Positions 28,701-38,763 of a stretch of DNA of 64,000 bases are shown here, one piece after another; position 1 is the stretch's first letter, and the number at the start of each line of letters is the position of its first letter. The position numbers and the translations under genes were made by a program. The stretch comes from Natronoglycomyces albus (GTDB lineage Bacteria; Actinomycetota; Actinomycetes; Mycobacteriales; Micromonosporaceae), in NCBI RefSeq assembly GCF_016925535.1, contig NZ_CP070496.1, forward strand, positions 3,694,257 through 3,758,256, in the 5' to 3' direction. The notes beneath the pieces were generated by a model, which was given only the letters and a program-made list of their open reading frames with translations, searched no databases and was not told the origin of the DNA.

Positions 28701-30749
28701 TACCTCGCCGATCTGGCTGAGGATTCCCGTGCGGACGGTGGCGTCGCCAATGTCGAGGTCTGACACGACCTCGGTCAAGGTCTCCAGGCCATGCTGGTGT
28801 TCGGCCAGTTCCTCGGTGATCGGCTTGGATTCGGCTACGGAGTCAATCTGGTCGGCGCGACTCGACAGTGCTTCGACCTCGGTGAAGTAGGGGGTGAAGG
28901 CGTCGTCGCGTCGCAGGAAGGCGATGGCGCGACGGGCGGCGGACTCCAGGCCTTCGGTGACGTCGGTTTGCAGTTGTTCGACCCGTTCCACGTCGATGTA
29001 TCGGGTGTCGCGCAACGTCACCAGGTGGCCTTGGGCTCGGCGTAGCTCGGTGAGTTGTTCGACCCAGGCGGTGGCCGACTTGGGGGCTTCGCCTCGGGCC
29101 CGGCGCAGGAGGGTGACCGTGTCCTTCTCGGTCTGCGCCAGCGCGGTGCGGGCGTTGGCGGACAGTTCGGCGACGGTGGCGTACTCGTCTAGTACCTGTT
29201 CGGCTGTGGCGCGCACGGCTTTGAGCGACTGATCCAGTTGGCCTAGGCCCTCATCGGCCAGCCACGGGAAATCGTCCAGGGCGCGCGTGGCCGCGGAAAT
29301 CATGGTTTCGAAAACGGCTTGGGCGTGCTTGGAGCCACCGGCGTTGGCGCCCTCGTCGGCTCGGATCATGCGGGCCACCGACAAGGCGTCGGAGATGGCG
29401 CGCACGAGGTCGGAGTTTCCCACGCGCTCTAGTGGGCCGTCGCCGACTTCCTGGCTGGCCGCGAAGGTGTCGGAGACGAAAGGTGTCTGCCACACCTGCA
29501 TCGGATGCACCCGGGTGGCTTCTCCGGCGTCGGAGCGGAAAGCGGCCATCGAGCCGTCGTCGAACAGGGCGAAACCGTGGCACGAGAGCGGGGCCGAGAC
29601 CTCCTTGCGGATCACGTTGTACGGCAGGAGAAGGGTGCGGCCCTCGTGGCGTGAATAGAACACGTACAGGAAGTCCTCACCGTTGGGTGAGCGGATCAGA
29701 CGTTTGAATCGCAGCCCGTCGGTGGGGGTGTCGAACGTTTTCAGTTCGCCCTCGGCCAAGTAGTAGCCGCCGGGGAAGATGATGCCGTGGTCTTCGGGCA
29801 GGGTCCGGCAGGCGGCACCGATGTTGTCTGCTCGGCGAATGTCCCCGGTGATCGTGTTGTACACGAAGTAGCGGGTGGTCTTCTCGTTATAGGGCAGGAT
29901 TTTCAACAACAGCAACGCGCCGACTCGCGCCCAAGCTATGTCGGCGTCGGCCAGGGACTGTAGCTTCTCCTCGACCTGTTCGGAGTAGATTCCCTCGCCG
30001 GAGTCGGTGTTGTCCTCGACTTTGATCGTCAGGTCGCCGCCGACGCACTCCACGAACAGCTCATCGTCGATCGACACATGCGGGTGGCGGCCCGTGACAT
30101 GGTCCTCCCTGCCCGTCTGCACCCACTCGAAGTCGTAAGTGTCAGGCCAAGTCTGGTCGCGTTCGCCGTAGTTGTCCAGGTACTCAGCTGTGCCGTCGGC
30201 GTCGATATTCCAGCGCAACACCCGCTGGTCGTCAATGGTGTCACCGGTTTGGAACACCGCCAGCAGCCGGTTATCGATCCGGCGGACCTGCAACAGCTCC
30301 GTTTGCCGGTAGTAGCGATACATCTCCTCGAAGTCGTTGATGAATCGCCGATCATCCAGCAGGTGGCCCTCATCCTCCACGTGCGTGAACTCGAAGTTCT
30401 CGCCGTCGCGGTTGAACGTGTGCAGAGTGAACACGTCCGAGACCGAGGTGCTGGTCTTAAGACCCATGTGCACGTTGTAGCCGAAGAGCATCCGGTCCCC
30501 CACGTGCACGATGTCGCGTGGCACGCAGTTGTGGGTGGTGCGGATACGGGTGGTGCCCAACAGGCTCATCTCGGTGCCACCGAACGTCGCGATGCGTTCG
30601 GCGTTGAGCGCTTCGGCGCGTTTGGTGAGCTGGGTGGCCTGCTCGGTCAACCGGTTATGCAGGACCTCATAGGTTCCGGCATCCAGGTTGCTACTGGAAG
30701 ACTCTCCGCCGTGGGCGGCGTCGGTGGTCTGTGGGGTCTCTTCGCTCAT
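25734..30749 (-). CDS. giant (1671 aa) AAA+ ATPase of unknown function with a single C-proximal AAA_5/MoxR-dynein-like module (possibly the DNA-repair-ATPase-like family that neighbours flotillins)
   Basis: It has Walker A LISPPGYGKTTLMEY and Walker B NVLLYLDDIQHT, and a large N-terminal region with no transmembrane segment. It is on the same strand and downstream of the flotillin gene. Confidence 0.8.
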   Translation of the reverse strand: MSEETPQTTDAAHGGESSSSNLDAGTYEVLHNRLTEQATQLTKRAEALNAERIATFGGTEMSLLGTTRIRTTHNCVPRDIVHVGDRMLFGYNVHMGLKTSTSVSDVFTLHTFNRDGENFEFTHVEDEGHLLDDRRFINDFEEMYRYYRQTELLQVRRIDNRLLAVFQTGDTIDDQRVLRWNIDADGTAEYLDNYGERDQTWPDTYDFEWVQTGREDHVTGRHPHVSIDDELFVECVGGDLTIKVEDNTDSGEGIYSEQVEEKLQSLADADIAWARVGALLLLKILPYNEKTTRYFVYNTITGDIRRADNIGAACRTLPEDHGIIFPGGYYLAEGELKTFDTPTDGLRFKRLIRSPNGEDFLYVFYSRHEGRTLLLPYNVIRKEVSAPLSCHGFALFDDGSMAAFRSDAGEATRVHPMQVWQTPFVSDTFAASQEVGDGPLERVGNSDLVRAISDALSVARMIRADEGANAGGSKHAQAVFETMISAATRALDDFPWLADEGLGQLDQSLKAVRATAEQVLDEYATVAELSANARTALAQTEKDTVTLLRRARGEAPKSATAWVEQLTELRRAQGHLVTLRDTRYIDVERVEQLQTDVTEGLESAARRAIAFLRRDDAFTPYFTEVEALSSRADQIDSVAESKPITEELAEHQHGLETLTEVVSDLDIGDATVRTGILSQIGEVLASVNRTRAGLQARRRELASAEGRAEFAAEYGLLGQAITAALAAADTPATCDEQLGRLMLTVENLETRFADFDDFLTQLDEKRSDIYEAFSSRKQNLLDEAARRAENLAGSADRILEAVSRRVSNLSSLDEVNTYFATDPMVDRLRRVAGELRDLDDVVRAEEIEGRIAAARQEAGRALQDQLDLYDGDSIRFGEYALPVNSQPLDLTLVPQGEALAFSLTGTDFRQRVDDEEFNATAEFWAQTLPSENATVYRAEHLAASLLTERGARSLLAEENLNHIVSEAASQRYDEGYERGVHDTDAALILEQLIHLYAAAGMLRYRAGERAAVRLWWAFDLPAEEAAAFATQAKSLGRVRELFGRTDALAQLQATLGRRFATWADQVRLPIDVDADLAGEYLAEELAADDEGFATSARATDLVAAFHRHIGSASRTALADDLQAIQGDLSSQWTLAEVWLQSFLSQHADKEDFDEQDLPEAIALLLTDENGYDIASDLTGEVTGLLGTHPRISDRTVAIRLDEFLARTGHFRRHTVPGFRRYHELRGQLVAKQRRALRVEEYHPRVMSGFVRNQLIDEVYLPLIGSNLTKQIGGAGDSRRTDQSGMLMLISPPGYGKTTLMEYVAARLGMLLVKINGPSLGYDTVSVDPDDAPNATARQEVEKINFALECGNNVLLYLDDIQHTNAELLQKFISLCDGQRRMEGVWQGRTRTYDLRGKRFAVCMAGNPYTEAGQRFRIPDMLANRADTWNLGDVLSGREEVFALSYIENSLTSNPVLAPLAGRDRNDVRLLVRLAQADPTANPEQLSHPYSAGELDQITSVLRKLLHIQKTVLAVNQAYISSAATDDSARVEPPFLLQGSYRNMGRLAERVVPVMNDEELEAVIDDHYVGEAQSLAAGAEANLLKLAQLRGRLTEEQAARWADVKQSYLRNAALGGSDDDPMARAVGALGLLTDRVADIASSLDGRRDSSLGSEATASAAVARALPQVGSGE

Positions 30750-30971
30750 CGGTTACGGCTCCGGGAGGCAGACGGAATAAAGGTGAATGGACGACGACAA
30801 GGCGCACACGGACGGGGCCCACAGCGGTGCCCCACCCGAAGGTGAGGCACCGCCGGATAACTCAGGCTCGCTAATAGTTCTCGTCCAGCCTGATATGTGG
30901 ACCGGTCGCCGAGATCGGCGCTACGGCGTGGTCGTCGGACGACCGGCCACACTCATACTCTGACAGAACAG

Positions 30972-33029
30972 TTAGCTCTTCTGCGGCATGCCCGAAATGT
31001 CGGCTGCGGGACGGTTGGCGATGCCAAGCCCCTTAGCCTGCTCCAACAGCTGGTACAGCGGTTGCGCGTCGCCTTCTCCAGCGTTGTTGATGAGCTTGAC
31101 CAGCAACGCCGACACCGAGAGGTTCTTAATGTCCTCGGTCGACACGTTGGCGATGGCCTCGCGGAACATCTCAGAGAAGTCGCTCGAACCGTTCAAGAAA
31201 CCACCCACGGCCGCGCTGGCCACATCCGAGTGCTTCATGAAGCCGTCGACGGCTTTGCCGTATCCGATCGCGCCGACGACGCGGTCGAAGAACTGCGAGT
31301 CTCCGCCCACCAACGAGATGTCGGCGGATTCCAGACCCTTGGCCAGCACCTCGGCCTGTTGGGCGGCGATGTCGCGGCGGGCGTCGATTTCGGCCATCCG
31401 CAGGTCGCGGTCGGCTTCCAGACGTAGGCGGTATTCCTCGTGTTCGCGGCTGGCCGCGTCGAGGGCGGCCATGGCGGCGGCCTTTTCGGTGAGACCTTCG
31501 GACTCCGAGCGCAGTTTCTCGCGCATCGTCTTGGCTTCGGCCAGACCCGAGGCTTCGATGGCTTCGGCGTCGGCGCGCGCGGCGGCTTCCTTGGCCTTGG
31601 CTTCGGCCAGACCGGTCTTTTCGATCGCCACGGCGGTCTGTTCTTGGACCTGAGCCTCGGCCAGTCCCGGGGCGGCGGCTAGCGCCTGGTCACCGTCGGC
31701 CTGGCGCTTCTTCGCGGCGGCGTCCATTTCGGCGGCTTGCTGGTCGGCCTCGGCCAGCGTCAGGCGCTCACGCGCCTTGTGCTTCGCGGCGGACTCGGCG
31801 GCTTCGGCGGCCTTGATGTCCTTGACGAGGTTCTCTTGCGCCTCGGCTTCGGCGGCGATGACGATGGCGTCGCGGTTTCGCTCGGCCTCTTCGACGGCGC
31901 GCAGGCGCTTGATGCTTTCTTCCTGCTCGGCCACGGTCTTTTCCACGGCGATGCGCTCGCGAATGACCTCGGCGATGTCGCGCTTCTCGGCTTCGACTTC
32001 CTTGTCTTTGGCGATCGTGGCCAATTCCTGTTCGCGGTCGCGGGCGACCACTTCGAGGATGCGGTCCTTCTCGATGCGTTCGGTCTCCACCGCGATCACA
32101 CGTTCGCGGTTCTTCGAGGCCACCGCGATTTCGCGCTGCTGGTTCTCGATTTGGATGCCGGTCTGCTCGTCGGTGCGGATGCGGGCGGTCTCGGCCTTGA
32201 GCCGCTCTTCGTTTTGCACCTTGGCGACTTCGGCTTCTTCGCGGGCGCGCAGGGTCTCGATCTCGCGCTGCTGGCGAATCTCGGCCTCTTCCTGGCGGCG
32301 TTCCAGCTCCAGGATGGTTTCGCGAGCGTCGACGTCTTGGCGCTTGATTTCGCGCTCTTCGTGGCGGCGGTGCTCGTTGGTGGTGATGTTCTCTTTGGTG
32401 GTCAGCTCAGTGATCTTGCGAATACCCTGGGCGTCCAGGATGTTCTGCGGATCCAGCTGCGACATCGGAGTTTGTTCGAGGTAGTCGATCGCCGCGTCTT
32501 CGAGGCTGTAACCGTTGAGGTCGGTGCCGATGACGTTGATGATGCGGTCGCGGAACTGCTCACGATCGGTGTACAGGTCGGTGAAGTCCAGCTGCTTACC
32601 GACGGTCTTGAGGGCCTCGGAGAACTTGGCGTTGAAAAGTTCTTGGAGGGTGTCTTGGTCAGAGGCGCGAGCCGTACCAATCGACTGGGCGACCTTAATG
32701 ACATCTTCTTGGGTCTTATTGACCCGCACAAAGAATGTGATGCGAATGTCGGCGCGAATATTGTCTTGGCAAATCAACCCGTCATGACCGGTTCGATTGA
32801 TATCGATGGTCTTCACGGAAATGTCCATGTATTCGGCCTTGTGCACCACTGGGAGCACCAGAGCGGAAGTAAATGACACCCGCACCGACCGCATCTTGCT
32901 GACGATAATGGCGCGGCCCTGTTCGACTTTCCGGTATAGACGGAAAACCATCAGGACCCCGCCAAGGATGATGAGCGCAGCGACTACCAGCACAGTTAGC
33001 GCAGCAGTAGGCTCGAAACCTAGATCCAT
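30972..33029 (-). CDS. flotillin-like SPFH/Band-7 protein with an extended coiled-coil region
   Basis: The start was set at MDLGFEPTA (RBS GAGG). It has an N-terminal TM, an SPFH core (…AIIVSKMRSVRVSFTSALVLPVVHKAEYMDISVKTID…) and long EA/ER-rich repeats. Confidence 0.85.
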   Translation of the reverse strand: MDLGFEPTAALTVLVVAALIILGGVLMVFRLYRKVEQGRAIIVSKMRSVRVSFTSALVLPVVHKAEYMDISVKTIDINRTGHDGLICQDNIRADIRITFFVRVNKTQEDVIKVAQSIGTARASDQDTLQELFNAKFSEALKTVGKQLDFTDLYTDREQFRDRIINVIGTDLNGYSLEDAAIDYLEQTPMSQLDPQNILDAQGIRKITELTTKENITTNEHRRHEEREIKRQDVDARETILELERRQEEAEIRQQREIETLRAREEAEVAKVQNEERLKAETARIRTDEQTGIQIENQQREIAVASKNRERVIAVETERIEKDRILEVVARDREQELATIAKDKEVEAEKRDIAEVIRERIAVEKTVAEQEESIKRLRAVEEAERNRDAIVIAAEAEAQENLVKDIKAAEAAESAAKHKARERLTLAEADQQAAEMDAAAKKRQADGDQALAAAPGLAEAQVQEQTAVAIEKTGLAEAKAKEAAARADAEAIEASGLAEAKTMREKLRSESEGLTEKAAAMAALDAASREHEEYRLRLEADRDLRMAEIDARRDIAAQQAEVLAKGLESADISLVGGDSQFFDRVVGAIGYGKAVDGFMKHSDVASAAVGGFLNGSSDFSEMFREAIANVSTEDIKNLSVSALLVKLINNAGEGDAQPLYQLLEQAKGLGIANRPAADISGMPQKS

Positions 33030-33399
33030 AGCGACCTCAGAGTTGCAGTTACAGGGGGAATGCGAGACCAAGCGTGATCTCGACGTCACACGCGAGGCGT
33101 GCGACATTGGGCATGTAAGAAGCGAACGATTCGCAATTTCGCCAGTGGGCAGCGCTAGTCATCAACCACAGTTGTGGCGCTTGAACTTCGACGCTGGCAT
33201 TGCTCAGTTTATATCAGCTGCGCCAACTCGTGTGATCTTCGAATGGGGGCGGGTTTGGTACTGTCATTGGCATTCGATGGCACGCATTGGCATACGGCCA
33301 AGACCAGTCATAAAGCTAGGAAATCGCACCCCACAGCCCATAAGTCCCTTATGGATTCTGGTGTTTCGCCACCGGGTGGCACCAACTCAGGTGAATACC

Positions 33400-34038
33400 T
33401 CAGCTGTGGTGAGTTTCAAACGGTACGGCAAGGAACACCTCGCCGGATTCGTCGTAATCGAAGATGACCAGCTTCGACCCCCGGGAGAACTGGTCCTCGT
33501 CAAAACTGCCTGGCTCATGGGCTGACCTGCGCACTTGCACAATCGCGCTCGAACCATCCGCCGAGGTCAGCTCCGCCTGGCCGTAATCACCGGTAATCGA
33601 CTGAGTCTGCACGACGCAAACCTTGCCCACAAAATCCGACCGCGTCTGCACCGGAGCATCCGCGAAAACCCGCTTCAACGGCGCCGACAACACTTTGGTC
33701 ACAAAAATGCCAATCCCCAACGCCGCGATGAAGATCGCGATCGACACGATGACCCCCGAGGTGCCAGCCACCAGGCTTTGCAGCCACATGGTGCTAGCAA
33801 TGGAGATCACCCAACCCACCGTGATCCACAGTGACAGGATGACCGTCAACGGAACTTCGCCAAAGCCCAGCGCCCCCAAGCCCGAAGCCCCGTCGGCCTC
33901 CGCGTCCTTGTCAATGTCGACTACATCGATATCCATGGCACCGACAACGGCCAACAGCCAATACAAAGCCACCAGGATGAGGCCGAAGCTGAAAATAATT
34001 GTGGGGAAACTCAGTGCGATTCCGAGGAAATCATCCAT
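33400..34038 (-). CDS. NfeD/YqiJ-like membrane protein (DUF1449-type, C-terminal OB-fold)
   Basis: The start was set at MDDFLGIALSF (34038). It has three TM helices followed by a beta-rich tail (…VCVVQTQSITGDYGQAELTSADGSSAIVQVRR…) like YqiJ/NfeD partners of flotillins. Confidence 0.6.
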   Translation of the reverse strand: MDDFLGIALSFPTIIFSFGLILVALYWLLAVVGAMDIDVVDIDKDAEADGASGLGALGFGEVPLTVILSLWITVGWVISIASTMWLQSLVAGTSGVIVSIAIFIAALGIGIFVTKVLSAPLKRVFADAPVQTRSDFVGKVCVVQTQSITGDYGQAELTSADGSSAIVQVRRSAHEPGSFDEDQFSRGSKLVIFDYDESGEVFLAVPFETHHS

Positions 34039-34520
34039 GCTGTGACCTGTTCTGTGGGCCGGGCAAATGGCCAAGGGGTTGGGTGTTTGGGCGATGTGGG
34101 CAATGGCTCGGAGCAGCAGCGTCCTCCAGGTCAGCCTACGAGGCGATGCCGTCCGCTTACCGCCGTCAGGGCAGCAATTGACATCGAGCGAGGAGACCCG
34201 AATGCGTCTGCGGGACAAACAAAGCCGCGCGTGGGCTAACGCCTTCGCATCACACCGGGCGTCGCCGACCTGGTGGGAATCGACCACGGCGCCGTGCGTG
34301 GGCCCACCCGAAGGGCATATTCGCATGGGCGCTTTCACATAGCTTACTTCATTGCAACAGCCGACAAAACCTCCCCGCACGGTCCAAACCGCGCAAATTG
34401 CCCGGAACATTGGCAGTTCACCGCGCACAATTTCGCCTGTCGCGCCCCAGATCGCGGTGCGGTAGCGTGAAAGCGACGATGCCTCCACCTTAAAGCCGCA
34501 CACATCGCAGGGAGCCGGAC

Positions 34521-34946
34521 GTGACCTCCAGCCGCAGTATCTACCGTCGACTACTCCAGGCCACTTTCCTGGGCGACCGCGAAGCGATGGCGGTGGCAGC
34601 CGCAGAGCTGGAAGGGAAGGAAGTCACCTGGGCCGACTCGGGCCTCCTAGCCGCCTCGGTCTTCACCCTCGCGGTACGTGACTGGTTCGCCGACAGTGTC
34701 GACGAGGCTGGGGTCAAAGAGCTCGCTTTGGCCGCGTCAGATCGTTCCGACCAGGAACTCTCCACCGTAAAGACGGTCATTTGGTCGGCGCTGGGCCACG
34801 ACAACCTGGTCGACGAAGTCAGCCCCATGCAACGCATGCGAGCCCAAGTCGCCATCGTCACCGAGATCATCACCAAGGCAGAAGGCACCGCCGAGGAAGT
34901 CAGCGGGCTGATGGACCAAGCCGAGCAGATGCTCGACGAGATGTAG
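34521..34946 (+). CDS. hypothetical protein
   Basis: A 141-aa acidic protein with no recognisable motif, divergent from the NfeD-like gene. Confidence 0.4.
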   Translation: MTSSRSIYRRLLQATFLGDREAMAVAAAELEGKEVTWADSGLLAASVFTLAVRDWFADSVDEAGVKELALAASDRSDQELSTVKTVIWSALGHDNLVDEVSPMQRMRAQVAIVTEIITKAEGTAEEVSGLMDQAEQMLDEM

Positions 34947-35081
34947 TCGCACGCCTGCGGCATCTGGCCCCTGTCAACCCACCGGGCCTCACCGACACCA
35001 AAGCTGGTGGTGGATGCGCCAAAGGTTGCGCATCCACCACCAGCCAGGCATTCGTCTAACCTGCCAAACAGTAGTGGCGTT

Positions 35082-35633
35082 CTAAAGCAAGTCGTCCAGG
35101 TGTCCGCCCAGGGCCGCTGGATCGCCTTCACTGGAGACCACAACGTTGCCCTCAGCATCGAGAACCACAAAGATGGACTGCTCGAAAATGCCGAAAATGC
35201 CCCAGACTTCGCCCTCGGTGTCGGCTAGATGGGTAAAGCCATCGGTACCGGTGTTTTCGACAAAGTCCTCCATCCCATTGACGTCCTGAGACAGGCCACT
35301 GACGCCCACGAAGTCGACCTGATCGGAATATTCGGATACCTGCTGATTGAGCTCAGGAGCCTGAGCGATGCATTTGGGGCACCACTCGGCCCAAAACCAC
35401 AGCACAGTGGGGGTTCCCGCCAATGACTCGCCGGAGAACTCCTCCCCCGCCAAAGTCTCGGCGGTGAAACGCAAGTTCGGGCTGATACTTCCCTGTCCAC
35501 TGTCGCCATTGGAGTCCGCATGATCGTTGGTGGCGGTATCGCCGTTGGACTCCTCGGAGCCAGTGCCGCAACCGGCGAGCATCAGCGCTCCACCAACGAG
35601 AGCGGCTAGGGTCAATTTCCCGATTCGATTCAT
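35082..35633 (-). CDS. TlpA/ResA-like thiol:disulfide oxidoreductase lipoprotein
   Basis: It has a lipobox LMLAGC and a thioredoxin motif WFWAEWCPKC. Confidence 0.85.
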   Translation of the reverse strand: MNRIGKLTLAALVGGALMLAGCGTGSEESNGDTATNDHADSNGDSGQGSISPNLRFTAETLAGEEFSGESLAGTPTVLWFWAEWCPKCIAQAPELNQQVSEYSDQVDFVGVSGLSQDVNGMEDFVENTGTDGFTHLADTEGEVWGIFGIFEQSIFVVLDAEGNVVVSSEGDPAALGGHLDDLL

Positions 35634-35798
35634 CGTCGGGTTCCTTCCTGATTAAGTCCAAGGGGCCCACGGGTTTCATTCATCGAGCCCACACTCTCTG
35701 ACTGTGAGGTTCAGGCGAAGGCTCATTTACCAGCCTAGACTTCGCCCCCGGGCGGCCCTAGAACCGCGCTGCCGCCTCAACCTCGGTGTACGAATCCA

Positions 35799-36575
35799 CT
35801 ACCTGCCAAAAACCCAAGCGATGAAACCGGCCAGCGCCTCTTGTATGTAGGCCGCCGCGGAGATGATGGGGTCGGTGGGGTCGCCGGTTCCACTGGAGAC
35901 GCGGATTTCCCACCAGCCGTAATAGGCCACGTATGCTCCGGCCAATAGCAGCAGCACGCCTGAACCCCGCATGACCCACGGCAGCGCGCGCTTCATTTTG
36001 GTGATGATTCCTTCTCGCGCCAAGGCGATGGCAATGGAGACGACTCCGACGACCAGGGCCATGCCAGCGGCGTAGGTCAGGAACAACAGCAGGCCATGGA
36101 AGAGGCTGGCCGACCGGAACGTGCCGACGACGATGGCGAGGAACGGCGCGATAGTGCAACCTAGCGACGCGATGGCGAAGACCATCCCGAATACCGTCAT
36201 CGACCCGGCGGAACGTTTGACGTTGGTGCCTTGCATTTTCGGCACAAAGCTGGGTAGGTCCCGGCCGGAGAGCAGCCATAGGCCGCCTAGGACGACCAGG
36301 ATTCCCAAGACGATGGTGATCCAGGGAAGATAGTTCGCCACCGCGGGGGCGGTAGGGGCCACGATGAGCCCGAAGGTACCAAAGACCACGGCAAAGCCGA
36401 TGCTCATCGCTGCGGTAAAGGCCAAGGCCCGCATGAGGGCTTGTCGTTTGCTAGAGGTGCCTTCGTCACCGTTGATCAGGAAGGTCGCATACACCGGTAG
36501 CAGGGCGAACCCGCAAGGGTTGACGGTAGCCAACGCGCCTGCCAGCAGGGCGACGGCTATGGGTAGTTCAGACAA
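35799..36575 (-). CDS. ccdA: cytochrome c biogenesis protein CcdA (DsbD-family transmembrane thiol transporter)
   Basis: It has TM helices with the conserved Cys of the VNPCGFALLPVY motif. The start was trimmed to a TTG with an AGGA RBS, so the start is uncertain. Confidence 0.75.
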   Translation of the reverse strand: MSELPIAVALLAGALATVNPCGFALLPVYATFLINGDEGTSSKRQALMRALAFTAAMSIGFAVVFGTFGLIVAPTAPAVANYLPWITIVLGILVVLGGLWLLSGRDLPSFVPKMQGTNVKRSAGSMTVFGMVFAIASLGCTIAPFLAIVVGTFRSASLFHGLLLFLTYAAGMALVVGVVSIAIALAREGIITKMKRALPWVMRGSGVLLLLAGAYVAYYGWWEIRVSSGTGDPTDPIISAAAYIQEALAGFIAWVFGR

Positions 36576-36810
36576 CGTATCTGTCCTTACAGTGGGCGGA
36601 CGGATTGGCCCCGGGGTGGGATGGCCAGGATACTGCTGAGCCGCACGAGCGTGAATGTAAGGACGGTTACATAAGGACAAAGTTGTTTGAGGCTTGCGCA
36701 ATGGGCGCTTTCGGCGTTCTCCTCGGCCCGTTTTCCCGCCTAAACTTCGCCTGCTGCGGCCTCGAACTCGCATTCTTGTTCAAGCCTCTACGTCAGATGG
36801 TCGCCGGGGT

Positions 36811-37674
36811 TTAGGCCAGCTCTAGGAGGGCTTCCAGATAGCGGGCCACGCCGTCTTCGTCGTTGCCATATGGCAACACTTCGTTAACGACACCCTTGAC
36901 GTTGTCGGTGGCGTGCGGCATGGCGACCGCGTGCCCGACCGCTTCCAACATGGGGAGGTCGTTGGAGGCGTCTCCGAAAGCAAGGACCTCATCGAAACCC
37001 ACTCCCAGGCGGTTGAGGACCACTTGCAGCCCGTTGGCCTTTGATACCCCGGCCGGACACAGTTCGGCGAAGTTGATGCCCGACTCGATGACGAGGATTT
37101 CGTCAGTGTCAACGATGTCTGTGGCCAGGTCGACCATGCGTTGCGGGCACATGGGAGGGTTGGTCGTCCAAATGGCTTTCATGAGTTGCCCTTGGTAGGC
37201 GAACTGACGAGGCTGGACGTCGACGTTGATCGCGTAGGGCCAGCCGGGCAGGTCGTCGCCCAGCAGCGGGGTCCGGTCAGTGGCCACCGGTTCCACGGCG
37301 GCGTTGATCGGGCCTAGTTCGGCCTCGATCTGTTCGACCGCGCGTAGCAACTTGTGGCCCGCGATGGTCTTCGAAGCTAGGGTCACCGAGGATTCCCCGG
37401 CGGTTTCGTAGACGAACGCGCCTTGCCCCAAAACCATATAGTCGGCCGCTCGCACGTCGCGGCGTGACAGCTCGAGCAGGCGAGGGCCGCGCCCGGTGGC
37501 ACCGATGACGATGACCCCTGCGGCCTGTAGGCGTTTGAGCACCGTTTGGCTGTATTCGCTTACTGTGGAGTCGGAGCGCACGAGTGTGCCGTCTAGGTCG
37601 GTGGCCACTACTTTGGGCAAACGTTTCAAACCCAGGGTGTCGGGGTCTAGCGGCGGCGGGGATGCCGCGTGCAT
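36811..37674 (-). CDS. Cof-type HAD-IIB family hydrolase (sugar phosphatase-like)
   Basis: It has DLDGTL motif I, the IIB cap, and …FGDASNDLPM motif IV. The start was set at MHAASPP. Confidence 0.8.
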   Translation of the reverse strand: MHAASPPPLDPDTLGLKRLPKVVATDLDGTLVRSDSTVSEYSQTVLKRLQAAGVIVIGATGRGPRLLELSRRDVRAADYMVLGQGAFVYETAGESSVTLASKTIAGHKLLRAVEQIEAELGPINAAVEPVATDRTPLLGDDLPGWPYAINVDVQPRQFAYQGQLMKAIWTTNPPMCPQRMVDLATDIVDTDEILVIESGINFAELCPAGVSKANGLQVVLNRLGVGFDEVLAFGDASNDLPMLEAVGHAVAMPHATDNVKGVVNEVLPYGNDEDGVARYLEALLELA

Positions 37675-37688
37675 GCCGGAAAACCTAC

Positions 37689-38576
37689 TCAAGGAAACCA
37701 CCTCCGCAGTACCGTGGCGACGCCGTTCTCGCCAACCGGTGGGGCAACTTCGTTGGCGGCGGCCTTCACTATTTTCGTGGCTTGACCCATGGCCACGGCG
37801 TGACCAGCCCATTCGAACATGGTTAGGTCGTTGGCCGCGTCGCCAAACGCCACCACCTCCGTAGCGTCCACTCCGTAATGCTGGGCGATTCGTGCCAAGC
37901 CCGAAGCTTTGTTCACCGATGGCGGTCCCACATCGATCCAGCCGTTGAATCCGACCTCTACGTGGTAGTGGGCCGGGTCCAGGGCGGCTGCGTCAGCCAA
38001 TCGCTTGGCGTTGGGACAGACGTGGCCTGCTCCATAGGGGGTAGAGGATTCTACCTGGGCGACGAACCGAGTGGTGGGTTTCGTGGCCAGTTCTTCCCAG
38101 TGGATTTCTCCGGCGAACGTGGCAGTGAAGTTGCGTCGCAGGCCAGGCGTGTGCCAGTAGCCGTCCATTCCCCATTCGGCGGCGAATTCGACTGTTTCGT
38201 CGGCTTCGCGGAACCGGGTGATGGCGGGGGCCGGGTCGACGGTGAGGCGCTGGGTGAATTCTCCGGCGGCCAGGTCGTATTCGTTCGCCCCGTGTGAGGC
38301 TGACACGAAGCCGTCGGTCAGGCCCAGTTCCTCCACGGTGCGCAAGGCCGACCAGGGGGCGCGTCCAGTGACGACCACGACCGGCACTCCGGCATCGCGC
38401 ACGCGCGCTAGCGCGTCGACGACTGGTTTGCGGGGACGGACGTGGGCATCGGCATGGTCGACCACCGTGCCGTCTAGATCGATGGCGACCAGCTTGGGGA
38501 CGAACGGTGCCCGATTGGCCTTGTTCGCGGGGCGGGTCGCGCTTTCGTGGCTAGATACGTCGGGGGAGATAGTCAC
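37689..38576 (-). CDS. Cof-type HAD-IIB family hydrolase (second tandem copy)
   Basis: It has IDLDGTVV, VVTGRAP and AFGDAANDLTM. Confidence 0.8.
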   Translation of the reverse strand: MTISPDVSSHESATRPANKANRAPFVPKLVAIDLDGTVVDHADAHVRPRKPVVDALARVRDAGVPVVVVTGRAPWSALRTVEELGLTDGFVSASHGANEYDLAAGEFTQRLTVDPAPAITRFREADETVEFAAEWGMDGYWHTPGLRRNFTATFAGEIHWEELATKPTTRFVAQVESSTPYGAGHVCPNAKRLADAAALDPAHYHVEVGFNGWIDVGPPSVNKASGLARIAQHYGVDATEVVAFGDAANDLTMFEWAGHAVAMGQATKIVKAAANEVAPPVGENGVATVLRRWFP

Positions 38577-38763
38577 ATTTCCAACCTACAGGGCGAAAGC
38601 GCCACGATACAGGGCGTGAATCACAACGGTCCGGTGATGTTCACCTATTGGTTACCGTTTTCGCAGGTGATTGGGATGTTGGGGGCTAAATCAGGCGCGG
38701 GGGTTCGGGGTGGACAGCGCCAGGGCGCGGCGAAGAATTACCGCCGCGCCCTGGCCTGGCCTG

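Noticed and set aside
31737-32876. A 379-aa plus-strand ORF inside the flotillin gene
   Set aside because: It is antisense to the EA-repeat coiled-coil region and has a Gly/Leu/Asp-rich repeat composition. Flotillin identity on the other strand is clear.
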